In this document: positions 36,429-49,645 of the stretch, one piece after another
Layout of the letters: each line of letters opens with the position of its first letter
How positions within the stretch are numbered: the stretch's first letter is position 1
DNA from: Octopus sinensis
Taxonomy: Eukaryota
Assembly: GCF_006345805.1 (NCBI RefSeq)
Contig: NC_043016.1
Location: forward strand, 3,534,001-3,598,000
Direction: 5' to 3'
Length of the DNA: 64,000 bases
Notes under the pieces: generated by a model
The model's input: only the letters and a program-made list of their open reading frames with translations
Databases searched by the model: none
Told to the model about the DNA's origin: nothing
Position numbers and translations under genes: made by a program

Positions 36429-36491
36429 TTGCACTGACGAGTAAAGAGTGCAAAACACTGCACTGATGACGAAAGCACAGGTGATATGCAG
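36429..36491 (+). ncRNA. Candidate type I hammerhead ribozyme with duplicated core
   Basis: CUGACGA (36434-40) and CUGAUGA (36463-69); GAAA (36471-74); 5-bp stem I; long stem II; stem III with one G-A mismatch. Confidence 0.45.
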
Positions 36492-36858
36492 CTGAATTCT
36501 GTTTTTAAATATCTTGCTTCGAGAATTGCATTCGGTACGATATGTTTATTTACTTTAGCAGTTTTGATTTTGAGTCCCTCCAAGCATGTGGCATTTATGT
36601 GTAATAATGCCCTCTATATAATATTATATATATATATATATATATATCTATATAATATAATATATATCTATATATATATATAGATATATATATAGATATA
36701 TATATATAATATATATATTTAGAAGAAATGAGGTAATCAGAAGATCGGATGGGTTCATATTTATAGATATTTATTTATATATTACATTTTTTACATATAT
36801 ATATCATATCATTCAGATTATATTATATAATATGTATATTGTATGTAATATATTGTGG

Positions 36859-36923
<65 letters not shown>

Positions 36924-36949
36924 TGTGTGTCCGGTGTATTATTTTTTTT

Positions 36950-37370
36950 GTTATAAGTGAGATCGACAAAAACGTACTCGAACCAGTGACAAATATGTCC
37001 TTTCAAAAACTTATATTTGTCGTAGCGTTGTAAAGGCTTTCAAGATGATTCATTTCACGACGAAATAGAAGATTAATTTTATTGATACGTTCGAGATTTT
37101 TTGCCTTGTCCATCTCCGTCCCAGATAAATCGGTATTAGTGTAAAATCTTCAGTTCTTTGTGGGGATGTGGTGTGCTTCTGGGCGTGGTTTACCGAGTGG
37201 AAAATAATTTGGATGTATCTCACAAAATAAATATTGGAGCAAATATTTCTTCAACTCTGTTCAGCTTGATCTAACGATATAGCCTATGTGTATTTCTGTC
37301 GATAATCGTATATACCAAATGGTTTTCTATTCTGTTTGGCGTAAAAGGTTTCGTGATATAGCTGCTGTTA
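36950..37370 (-). mobile_element. Possible decayed PLE thumb/linker fragment
   Basis: Minus-strand KPFGIRL..TELKKYLLQ resembles PLE C-terminal RT sequence; weak. Confidence 0.4.
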
Positions 37371-37439
37371 ATATTGTTATTACTATCATTACTGCTTCTT
37401 ATTAGAGCAGTAGCATCATTGTTGGTTTTTTTTTGTGCT

Positions 37440-38050
37440 GTTGCATATTATCGTTATAGTGGATGCAATGTTAGCAATGCAACATTTTCTGCTAGTGGTA
37501 ATTCTGTGAAATTCTTTGCCTGACATGTTATTGTTCTTGATGTTATAACACATCCATACGAAATCTCCATAGGGTCTTTTAGTATCTGCCGCATTCGGGG
37601 TCCCTACATCTTCCTGTGATCTATGTCTCAATACTGAACAAGATTTTGTCATGGATATGCTCAGAATGTGATTGTTCTGTGTGAATTTTCACGTTGTATT
37701 GTCAAAGAGCCCCACTCTCCTTCTTTGGATGCACCAGTCTCTGCAACAGTACAAGATAAGTCGTCGAAACTTTTATGTTCAATATGATCAAAGACAGTAT
37801 TATCACTGGTTGTTCCAACGGAGATGTTTTCATTCCACGCATCCCATCATATACACTATTACATTTCAAACGCTTTCAGTTTCCAGTGACAATCTTTATT
37901 TATGACCACCAAGCATCATAGACAGCCCCTCAAAGTTGCTGGCGTCAAACTGTCAAGTCTATATTTTCTCATGTTGCATGCCCACGTGCTGGGCTAAGCA
38001 AACATCTTTTTCAGAAGAGTCCCGAATCTAGAACAACTAATGCTGACTCC
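37440..38050 (-). mobile_element. RTE-clade LINE 3' fragment
   Basis: Minus-strand WKLKAFEM; GPRMRQIL..G resemble the RTE C-terminus. Confidence 0.55.
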
Positions 38051-38299
38051 CCTAGAGTTCTTATTGAATAAAACGAATTTCCATTAGACTTACATCTTTT
38101 GTGTTGCATACCAAGTTAGGAGTACAAGGAATATATAATGTAAAATGTAAAAATTGGATAAATTTATTATCAAAATTGAAGTTAACGATAGAAACAGCTT
38201 TAAAAGCTTCACACGCCATTAAAACCTAGGAAAACTCAACTGGCAACATATAACAGTATTTCACTATAAATATATGAAAATATTTAATTACAGAAATGC

Positions 38300-38780
38300 G
38301 AGCATGGCTTTGAGGTAAGAAGCTTGGTTCCCAATCTCGTGGTTCCAAGTTCAGTTTTCCTTGTGCAGGTGTCTTCTACTATAACTCCGGGCCAACTAAA
38401 TGTTTCTAAGTGGATTTGATAGAAAGATATTCAAAGAAACCCTTAGAATGTATGTGTGTGTATATATGTATTTATGGATGCATGCGAGTATGTTTGTATG
38501 GATGGATGGATGGCTACAAAACGGGTATGTATATATATATAGATATATATATAATATGATATGATGTATAATATATATACGTCGTGTATGCATATGTGTA
38601 TTTATATGCATGCACAAAACTTCGTGTTTGTCCCCATGCTATTGCTTGATAGCTAGTGTTGGTTTGTTTACGTTCCCATAACCTAGCGTTAGAGTAAGTG
38701 CCAGGCTTTTGTCTAAGATTCTTCGAGTAGCTGCACAGCATAGCCGTCGGCCAATGACTGCAACAAGTAAAATGATAAAA
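38300..38780 (+). mobile_element. SINE family A, degenerate, with expanded internal microsatellite
   Basis: GCATGGCTTTGAGGTAAGAAGC head, GTGTCTTCTACTATAAC, tail CAGCATAGCCG..AATGACTGCAACAAGTAAAA. Confidence 0.7.
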
Positions 38781-38799
38781 GCAAAACAGCATAAAAAGT

Positions 38800-38860
38800 T
38801 GCTGACGACGACGACGACAACGATAATGTTCATCACCATCAAAATCCTCATCATCAATCG

Positions 38861-38915
<55 letters not shown>
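38800..38915. repeat. (GAC)n/(CAT)n microsatellite
   Basis: Direct reading. Confidence 0.9.
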
Positions 38916-39084
38916 TTCATTTCGGTACCCGAGCAATGTTGGAGTATTTCTATTAGTTTCTACTCACGCTACAACGTTTAAAGGGCATAATAAGAACAAC
39001 AATCACAAATTGGCATTCCTTTCTTCTGCTGTAAAAGAAAATGTTAGCCGTATGCATGGATAGAGATATGTTTGCATGTGTGCG

Positions 39085-39122
<38 letters not shown>

Positions 39123-39196
39123 GCACACACGCACATACATATATACCTATATATGTGTATATGTATAAACGTATATATGTATATGGCAGAAAAGAA

Positions 39197-39430
39197 AGGT
39201 GGCGAGCTGGCAGAAACATTAGCACGCCGGGCGAAATGATGCTTTGCGGTATTTCGTCTGCCGATACGTTCTGAGTTCAAATTCCGCCGAGGTCGACTTT
39301 GCCTTTCATCCTTTCGGGGTCGATTAAATAAGTACCAGTTACGCACTGGGGTCGATATAATCGACTTAATCCGTTTGTCTGTCCTTGTTTGTCCTTTCTG
39401 TGTTTAGCCCCTTGTGGGTAGAAAAGAAAT
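39197..39430 (+). mobile_element. SINE family B (long-tail variant)
   Basis: AGGTGGCGAGCTGGCAGAAACATTAGCACG head; TTCTGAGTTCAAATTCCGCCGAGG B-box; tail GTGTTTAGCCCCTTGTGGG. Confidence 0.92.
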
Positions 39431-39584
39431 ATGTATATATGTGTATGTATATACGTATAATATATTATATATATGTGTGTGCGTCTATATATATTTATAC
39501 ATACATATATATACATATGTAGATATATAGATACATATATATAATGTGTGTATGTACTTTCATATATACGTTACATACAACACA

Positions 39585-39637
<53 letters not shown>

Positions 39638-39839
39638 TATAATATATATATATATATATATATAATACATACATACATATATATATATATACAATGTATA
39701 TATGTATGTATATATCTGTATAAATGTATAAATATTTATTCATACATATATACATTTATGTGTATATATATACATATATATACCTATACATACATATACA
39801 TATATATATATATATGCACACACATACACACACACATAC

Positions 39840-39870
<31 letters not shown>

Positions 39871-40312
39871 ATATATATATATATACATACATATATATAT
39901 ACATATATATATATACATATGAAGTGTAGGTGGAATATTTATTGAAGTTTCCTTGATTGAGTGTAAAGAAGTAAGGATTGGTGTTGTCTTACTTTCTTGT
40001 ACATTTTTTTCTTCTGTCGTTTATTTTTTAGTTTTAGTTTTGGATGGGAGCATATGCTCTCCCTTGGAAGCTTCTATACAGATCAGCCTGGTGTAGGCTT
40101 GACAAAACATAAGATGTTTATTTATGCTAGATATATGCTAGAATAATAATGACATTAACAACAGTTACTACTACTACTACTACTACTACTACTACCCACA
40201 CTTCTACTACTACTACTACTACTACTACCACTACCCCCACACTTCTACTACTACTACTACTACTGCTGCTGCTACTACTACTACTACTACTACTACTACT
40301 ATAGAAACAATA
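39430..40312. repeat. (TA)/(TACA) tract and (CTA)n tract
   Basis: Direct reading: 39430-39920 and 40165-40300. Confidence 0.85.
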
Positions 40313-41197
40313 ACAAAGCAAGTACAACAATAAAGCTGTATCTGGTGCAGTTGAAGGGAGCATGGTGAGAAATAAATAAATAATATTACTAAATAGATGT
40401 GACCTTTGATATTTGGTAGAAATGGTTTTGAAGACTAAATAAAAAATAACGAAAGGATGGCATCGTTAATGAAATTGTATGCTAGCGGCAATTCCTGAAA
40501 AAAAAAAGAAGACTAAATACATTTCTTTCTTAAACTTTCTTATCAACACATACCGCCGAGCCTGAGCAATGGCAGGATGTCAACACTCTTACCCACTTTT
40601 CCAACAAAATATAGTGTTCTCTTTTCCCATTAAACTTCACGACACTTAATTAGAAGCTTGATTCCCTCCAGTAACTTACGTAGTGATACCTTTAAATTCT
40701 GCAATTTAATCACTTCCATCATTCAAAGTAAAATTTCAAATCCCTGAAAACTTTAGCGTTTTTTTTTTTACCTTTACTAAAGTTATTTTACTGCACCACT
40801 AAATATCGCCAGGCCTTTCGCCAAATATGATAGAAATAGCGGTCAAATTTCATTTAAATAATTTAAATAGAAATCTAGGTACTCCTAAAATGCATATTCG
40901 CCAGTCAACTCCATAAATTACCCCTCGATTTGCTGGTTAATCTTGCACTACAGCTCGTATTACTAGCAACAATACAGGGATTTTTACTTTTACAAGGTCC
41001 TTCTCCGTAAGCATTAATGAATACCATTCATCCTCACTGTTGACTTTCTGCAGTTTAGCAAACCCTAAAAATACTTTTTCTGTTTTCTTCTCTTGGCCAT
41101 AACTCATCTCTCCTTTGCATTCCACATTGATGGCCTCAACCGCAGTTTTCCCAACCGAGCCAAGATGTTACTATTTCTTTTCATTTATTTACATACT

Positions 41198-41354
41198 AGG
41201 AGTGGCTGTGTGGTAAGTAGCTTGCTTACGAACCACATAGTTCCGGGTTCAGTCCCACTTCGTGGCACCTTGGGCAAGTGTCTTCTTCTATAGCCTCGAG
41301 CCGACCAAGTCTTGTGAATAGATTTGGTAAGCGGAAACTGAAAGAAGCCCGTCG

Positions 41355-41413
<59 letters not shown>

Positions 41414-41628
41414 ATGTTTGTGTGTCTGTGTTTGTCCCCCCAACATCGCTTGACAACCGATGGCTGGTGCGTTTACGTCCCCGTAACTTAGCGGTTCGGC
41501 AAAAGAAACCAATAGAATAAGTACTACGATTACAAATAATAATTCCTGGGGTCGATTTGCTTGACTAAAGGCGGTGCTCCAGCATGGTCGCAGTCAAATG
41601 ACTGACACAAGTAAAAGAGTAAAAGAGT
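41198..41628 (+). mobile_element. SINE family A, full length
   Basis: Same head, body and tail as 6885-7299. Confidence 0.92.
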
Positions 41629-41959
41629 ATCATCAAACTCTCTCATTCCCGTTTTACAAACTCTCTAGCGGTTTCATAGATTATCGCCCGGTGACGCCTC
41701 TTAAACCCCCTTTATTATTTATTATGTACAAGGATTTCTTATTTAAGGTGAGCAATTTAAAGGGTGTCTTAGTCGACACCATCGATGCTGGTACTTGACA
41801 CCTACTTCATCTCATCGGCCTACACTGGGTAAAACACAAATATATTCCTGGAGGCATTCGAATAATAATAAAAAAGATGATGATGATTGTGGTGGTGGTG
41901 ACGATGGTGATCTAGGTAATAATAATAATAGTAGTAGTGGTAGTAGTAATGATATAAAA

Positions 41960-43658
<1,699 letters not shown>

Positions 43659-43698
43659 AATAATAATAATGATAATAATAATAATAATAATAATAATA

Positions 43699-43751
<53 letters not shown>

Positions 43752-43889
43752 GTAATAATAATAATAATAATAATGATGATGATGATGATGATGAAGTCGA
43801 CACGACAATGTAGCAAGAATGATTAATTAGGAGTTCTGTGGAAATCACGTCCTACAGAGAACAAAGACATGGTATAAGAAAACCTCAGT

Positions 43890-45150
43890 AGATTAAAACT
43901 AAAAACAGAGTTCAATGCTAAAAACAAGATAATAGGTATCAACATTCTAGCTGTCCCAGTTATAAGTCACAGCTACAATATCCTTAACTGGACACTAAGT
44001 GAACTGACCAAAATAGATAGGAAAACAAAAGTAATGACAGGATCTAGGATGCACTACCCAAAATCTGACATAGAAATCTGACATATACAACGTATAGAAT
44101 GTGGTAGAGGCCTTATACAGCTAGAAAACTATTATAAAATAACCACCATAGGACTACAGAAGTACCTGATTCTGAAAGAAGGAAAACTAATACAAATAGC
44201 CGCAAAGCGCGAACAATACAAAAAGCGTTTTTCTGTCTAAAAGGAAGTTGACATATACGAAAAAGAAGTCATAGTACCTAACAACTATGATGAAAAAGAA
44301 GAAACAACAAAAGCTATAAAGCAACTGAAATCCAAACTAAAACTGGAACAGCAACGAAACATGATAAGCCCCTTTATGACAAATATTGGGTTAAGCTAAA
44401 CAGAAAAGAAATAGGCAAAATAAAATTCCAACAGCAGCTCAGGACTCAAAGCAGAGACTGAAGTTTTTTTTAATTGCAGCACAAGATCAAAGGCTTCCCA
44501 CAAGAAATCACCAAAACCACGCAATGAAAATAAATACAAGTAACTGCAGAATATGCGGATATGGAGAAGAAACAATAAATTATATTGTCACTGGCTGCCC
44601 AGTTCAGACTAAGAAAGAATGTATTCACAGATACGACAGATTTGGGACCTATATAGACTGGAAGCGATGCCGACAGTATGGAATAGCAGGAGAAAAATGA
44701 TGGTATAAGCACACACCAGAAATGGTCACAGAAAATGAGAAAGCAACCATACTTATGGGATATGCCAATACACACAGATAGAGAAATTAAGGCCAATATT
44801 CCGGATATAGTTGTCAGAGAGCATGAAAAAAATGCTTTCTAATCGATGTATCAATAACAACAGAAATGGAGAAACCTTCAAAATACAAAGACCTAGAAAT
44901 AGAGGAAACTCCAATGGGAGCCTAAAAACAGAATATCCGGCGCATTAGGTATGATAAAAAATATTCAGAGAAATATGTAACAAAAACAAGTATAACATAC
45001 AAAAAACCGTACTACTTGGCACCAAACACATCCTACATAGAACACTTTCAATAAGGTGAAAATACGAGAACCACAACAAACAACAGTACATACCCAAGGC
45101 AGACAAAGCTGCCTTCGGTAGTGCAGTGAAAACACGTGATAGAAAGAAGA
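43890..45150 (+). mobile_element. R4/Dong 3' half, same subfamily as 24682-28529
   Basis: Colinear with about 27175-28529 (AAACAGAG.TCAATGCTAAAAACAAGATAATAGG.. to TACCCAAGGCA..GCTG..TCGGTAGTG..ACTACTGA), followed by TAA. Confidence 0.92.
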
Positions 45151-45219
45151 CTACTGAATAATAATATAAATAATACTTTTCTTTCACGGGAAGGAATATC
45201 ACTAAGGAAACAAAATGAA

Positions 45220-46830
45220 TTGTATCAAAACAGTTTTGAGGCACTGACAAAAACATCATGCATATCTATAGCGCAGATTGACCTTAAGCGGGCATATAAT
45301 ATGATGCCTCATTCTTGAATTATTGAATACTTGTAGATGTTTGGTATTACTGACATCACATCTTCTGAATATTATGGTGGAGTGGAAGAGCAATTTATAC
45401 TCGAGCAATGTATTTCTTGCAGAATTAGAAATTAAAAGAAGTATCTTCTAAGGTGAATCATTTTCACCATTACTCTCATACCTATAACACTGGAAAGTTA
45501 AAATAGGTTACCAATGCGGAAAAAAAGGGCCCATTCATAAGCCATCTATTTACTGTTTATAGATGAAACTGTTTTGGAAGACTAAGTATCAGATAAATTC
45601 TTTCGTTAAAATTTTTCAGATATATAGCAGTAACATCGGTATGGATTTTGGGTTTCCAAATACTCCATGCCCAATATGAAAAGATGGAATAAAGCAGCCA
45701 CTAGTAGATTGTGGCTGTCATCGGAAGAAACCACAGAGAAACCTGAAGATAGTGGATACAAGTACAGATGATAATTTACATGCAGAAATAAAAGAAAAAG
45801 TTAGTGAAACATATCTATAAAGAGTAAAAATGATTCTAAAATCCAACCTGAATACGAGAAATCTAGTCACTGCAATGAATATCCGGGTAGTTGCAAGTGG
45901 ATTGAAGAGGGTAAATCAAAGGTGGATAGAAAAACGGGAAAGTTAATCTACGGAGATTTAAAAAATATAAATATGTTGTACATGAAGAGAAATCTTGATG
46001 GTAGAGTTCTCCTCGTGTGGATTATTGTATAAAGAGTGAAAGGCGAACGCTTCCAGAATAATTGACAAACGGTGACAAACGTCGCTGCAAGACGCACCAG
46101 AAGATATAGAATTAAATGTAGATGAAATGGTTAATTTTATCGACCTCGAAAGGATAAATGGCGGACCTCGAAAGGACCTCGGCGGAATTTGAAATCAGAA
46201 CGTAATGTCAGGCGAAATGTTTGTAAGGAAGAGTTGAGTCAAAGATTTGAAGGAAAAAGAAAATATCTGGAAATAAGAATGGATGGTCAGTTTGAAAGAA
46301 ATTACAGGATACCAAAGAAACAAAAACATTATGAACATGGCTTAATCAACGCAATTTGAATCGTACCACTGAAAGTGAATTACAAAATCAAGCTCTTTCT
46401 ACCAATTCGGTTAAGTATAACTTCCACAAAACTACTAACACTTAGAAATGCAGACTCTGTAAAAATGCATCCACTTAGTAGGTGGATGTGAAATCATGGC
46501 GCAAAAAAAGAAAAAGAAAGAAATACAAGTGCCATTAAAGTTTGTTTGTAACTACATTGGATTTTATGTTGTAAATACCAATTAGAAGTAATCGATTTCT
46601 TAGGAGCATGTGCCTATTAATGTAAAGCAGGAGAATGAGAAAGCAATGATATTCTGGGTTTATGATTTTCAGTCAGATAGAGTAATTGAGCATAGCCGAC
46701 TGGAGATGGCCATATTGGGCAAGAAAGAGAAATACTGTCAGATCATTGACGTAGCCATAAGAAAATGATTTGAATATCGCGAGGAGAGTTTAAAAACACC
46801 AAGTACTCTGATTTTCAAAAAATATTATTG
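45220..46830 (+). mobile_element. Highly decayed R4/Dong-like LINE (RT to endonuclease)
   Basis: IAQIDLKRAYNMMPHS; IKRSIF*GESFSPL; SHLF..; later ILGL*FSVR*SN*A*PT corresponding to ILWDF.IQTD.VIEH.RPD. Confidence 0.7.
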
Positions 46831-46924
46831 TATTGTTTCACTTTTCTTCTTTTCTCGTCCTCTTTCTTTATGTACATATGTATTTGTGTGTATGTTTTTG
46901 TTTGCCTCTGTCTCCGTCTGTCTG

Positions 46925-47441
46925 CCAAGAAGTTTTCTTGGTCTCTCGCACAAGTCCACCCACCACACAATAATCAAGGGGGTTGCAGTCTGGGGAGTTA
47001 AGTGACAAGATGTTAGAGGTGATGTGATCGCAAAAATTTTCTGACGGCCATGACTGGGATTCTCCGGCTTTTGTAGCATGGTGCAGAGTGCTGTTGCGAG
47101 ACATAGGAATCTTTCAGCTCCACCGTCTTGACTCAGGGCAGCACTACGTCTTCCAGGCTCATGATGTAGACCTCTGTGTTGAGCCTGAGGCCGCGTGGGA
47201 AGATTAATGGAGGTATAATGTCGCCATCACTAGTGATCATTCCAAAAACCATGATGTTGACTGGATGTTTGATTTTTATCACCCTTGGTACATGTTTTGG
47301 GGACACGGAAAGCCAACGATTGTTCTGTGTGTTCACCATCTGTTCGTATTGGAGCTTCCAAAATGAATGCAAAGCAGTACAGCATTTCAGATGCACGAAA
47401 TTAAAGATATGAAATGGTGACAACTTACGCATCGCACCCTG
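46925..47441 (-). mobile_element. Mariner-like (DD37D-type) transposon fragment, internally deleted, with left terminus
   Basis: NTQNNRWLSVSP..KHPVNIMVFGMITSDG..LNTEVYIMSLEDVVLP; NSPDCNPLDYCVVG..RETKK; terminus TA|CAGGGTGCGATGCGTAAG at 47441. Confidence 0.85.
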
Positions 47442-47469
47442 TATATATTTTCACACATCCAACTCATTA

Positions 47470-47930
47470 CAGCGGTTCAGTATAGGTGTCTTCTTCCTAA
47501 TAAACTGCGCTTCTGTGACCCTGAGGTCAACTGCATCATACCCCTCGCCGGTGTCTGGGTGGAGAAATCTCCACCACTTTGTTGGTAGTGTTGGACACGG
47601 CGCTGGTTTATGTGGCCTTGTGGAAATGTTCCTTCAACCTAAGGTAAAACTGTCTTCTGGTCGATCCTATATATGTCGCTCCACAATAGAACATCATTTG
47701 GTACACTGCTCTGGGTTTAAAACAGCCGGACGCTGCCCGTTAGATGTATTGTTCTGACTGCGCAGTGGTTTATGTAGCATGCGTCCGTTGTATTATTGGT
47801 GTGTGAAAGGTAGTGTCTGAGCATATGGCCCATCTTGTATTTCTGAAAGGAAGTGGGATGCAGTGGATCGGGGAGATCTCTTGATGCATTTAAAAAAAAT
47901 TATTCTTTGCCCTCGATGATACACAACCTT
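47470..47930 (-). mobile_element. RTE-like LINE C-terminal fragment
   Basis: Minus-strand ..HCAVR..VPNDVLLW..GRP-like motifs; weak. Confidence 0.45.
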
Positions 47931-48339
47931 CACGTAGACTCAATGTTTACTCTTCTGGTTCTTTCTGCTAGCGTCATTGATACTATTGTTGCTGCTGTTG
48001 TTGTCACTGTAGCTGTCATTGTTGTTGTTGTTGCTGTTGTCTCTGTGGATGTAGAAATAGTAGTTATTGTTGTCATCACTGACAGCCATAGAAACTTATA
48101 AAATGCTCCAGACCTCTTTATGGATTAACCTCTGTCGTTGCTACAAGAGTTTAAAGGACAATAGAAAGGGGAGTAAAATAATGAGAAATGTGAGAAGGTG
48201 AGTGATGTCTGAAAATCAGAGCTGGTTGAGAAACTTCTGATTAAAACCGTCGACTTTCAAAGTAGACAATATACTTACAGTTTGCATTTGATATGATAAT
48301 AGTACACATAATCATTCACAAATTTCTGCAAAATTTTTT

Positions 48340-48690
48340 ACCATGGTGCTCAGAGACGACCATTCTGGTAACCAACTACTTGATAGAGATGAGCATCAAA
48401 ACTGTTCCTCACTGCTCACTACAGTCTCTGTGACTTATGGTTGATACCAAAGCTGAAGGAGGAACTCGGAAGAAATCTATTTGAAAACATTGAGAAGATA
48501 GAGGGTGCATTGCGACCTTCACTTTGGAGGACTTCCAGAACGCATTTACGAAGAAGCTGCAAGTGCAGTGGTATCAGAAGACCTTACTTTGAAGGAGAAG
48601 AAAGTATCTGTACTTTCAAATTAATAAATATCTCTCCTGAGGAAGTCTCAAAACATCGGTATGTGTCAGATTATGCATATATATCTGTAT
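48340..48690 (+). mobile_element. Mariner (DD34D-type) transposase C-terminal remnant
   Basis: LVTNYLIEMSIKTVPHC..CDLWLIPKLKEEL..FENIE..TLEDFQNAF..YFEG. Confidence 0.7.
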
Positions 48691-48759
<69 letters not shown>

Positions 48760-48760
48760 T

Positions 48761-49198
48761 AGGCGCAGGAGTGGCTGTGTGGTAAGTAGCTTGCTAACCA
48801 ACCACATGGTTCCGGGTTCAGTCCCACTGCGTGGCATCTTGGGCAAGTGTCTTCTGCTATAGCCCCAGGCCGACCAATGCCTTGTGAGTGGATTTAGTAG
48901 ACGGAAACTGAAAGAAGCCTGTCGTATGTATGTATATATATATATTATATATATATATATATATATGTGTGTATGTGTTTGTGTGTCTGTGTTTGTCCCC
49001 CTAGCATTGCTTGACAACCGATGCTGGTGTGTTTACATCCCCGTCACTTAGCGGTTCGGCAAAAGAGACCGATAGAATAAGTACTGGGCTTACAAAGAAT
49101 AAGTCCCGGGGTCGATTTGCTCGACTAAAGGCGGTGCTCCAGCATGGCCGCAGTCAAATGACTGAAACAAGTAAAAGAGTAAAAGAGTAAAAAGAGTA
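48761..49198 (+). mobile_element. SINE family A, full length, young-looking
   Basis: Intact head AGGCGCAGGAGTGGCTGTGTGGTAAG and tail (AAAGAGTA)n; inserted in (TA)n. Confidence 0.95.
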
Positions 49199-49224
49199 AT
49201 ATATATATATATATATATATATGA

Positions 49225-49412
49225 TAGATCGCTAGCCACTATACATTCTTTATTTTCTCTCCTTGTTTCTTTCTGTTCTCCTTTCTCTGGAAGAGCGTAG
49301 GCTCGAAATGTTAAAGACTTTTCAATTCCCGAGCGTTATACTAATACATCTGTTTGTTGTCTACACCACCTGTCTTCCTCTTTAGTTTTATTTTTTTGTG
49401 AATTCTCTCCCA
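49225..49412 (+). mobile_element. PLE terminal-repeat piece with hammerhead-like string
   Basis: CTGGAAGAGCGTAGGCTCGAAATGTTAAAGAC; homologous to 9300-9420; flanked by (TA)n. Confidence 0.65.
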
Positions 49413-49570
49413 TATATATATATATATATATATTATATTAAATTAGAGATAAAACCACTATTAGGCAAATCAAACAATGAAAAACTTAAGCCAATACATA
49501 TAATTAATTAATTTATATTATTTTAAATATATATCAAAATTATTAAAAGTTTAATAAAAGATAATGAGTA

Positions 49571-49645
49571 AAACACTATGGTCGTTTCATGGCTGTCCAA
49601 TTCGTAATAATTCGAGTTATGGTTACAGTCAATCTTCAGGTGATT
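49571..49645 (-). ncRNA. Type I hammerhead-like motif, sense to the PLE ORF
   Basis: CAC-CUGAAGA-long stem II (UUGACUGU..ACAGCCAU)-GAAA-CGACCAU-A-GUG; stem I CAC/GUG plus 2 bp. Confidence 0.6.

Noticed and set aside
40937-41125. 62-aa minus ORF (MECKGEMSYGQEKK..) as a host exon
   Set aside because: No recognisable domain and no convincing acceptor or polypyrimidine tract.
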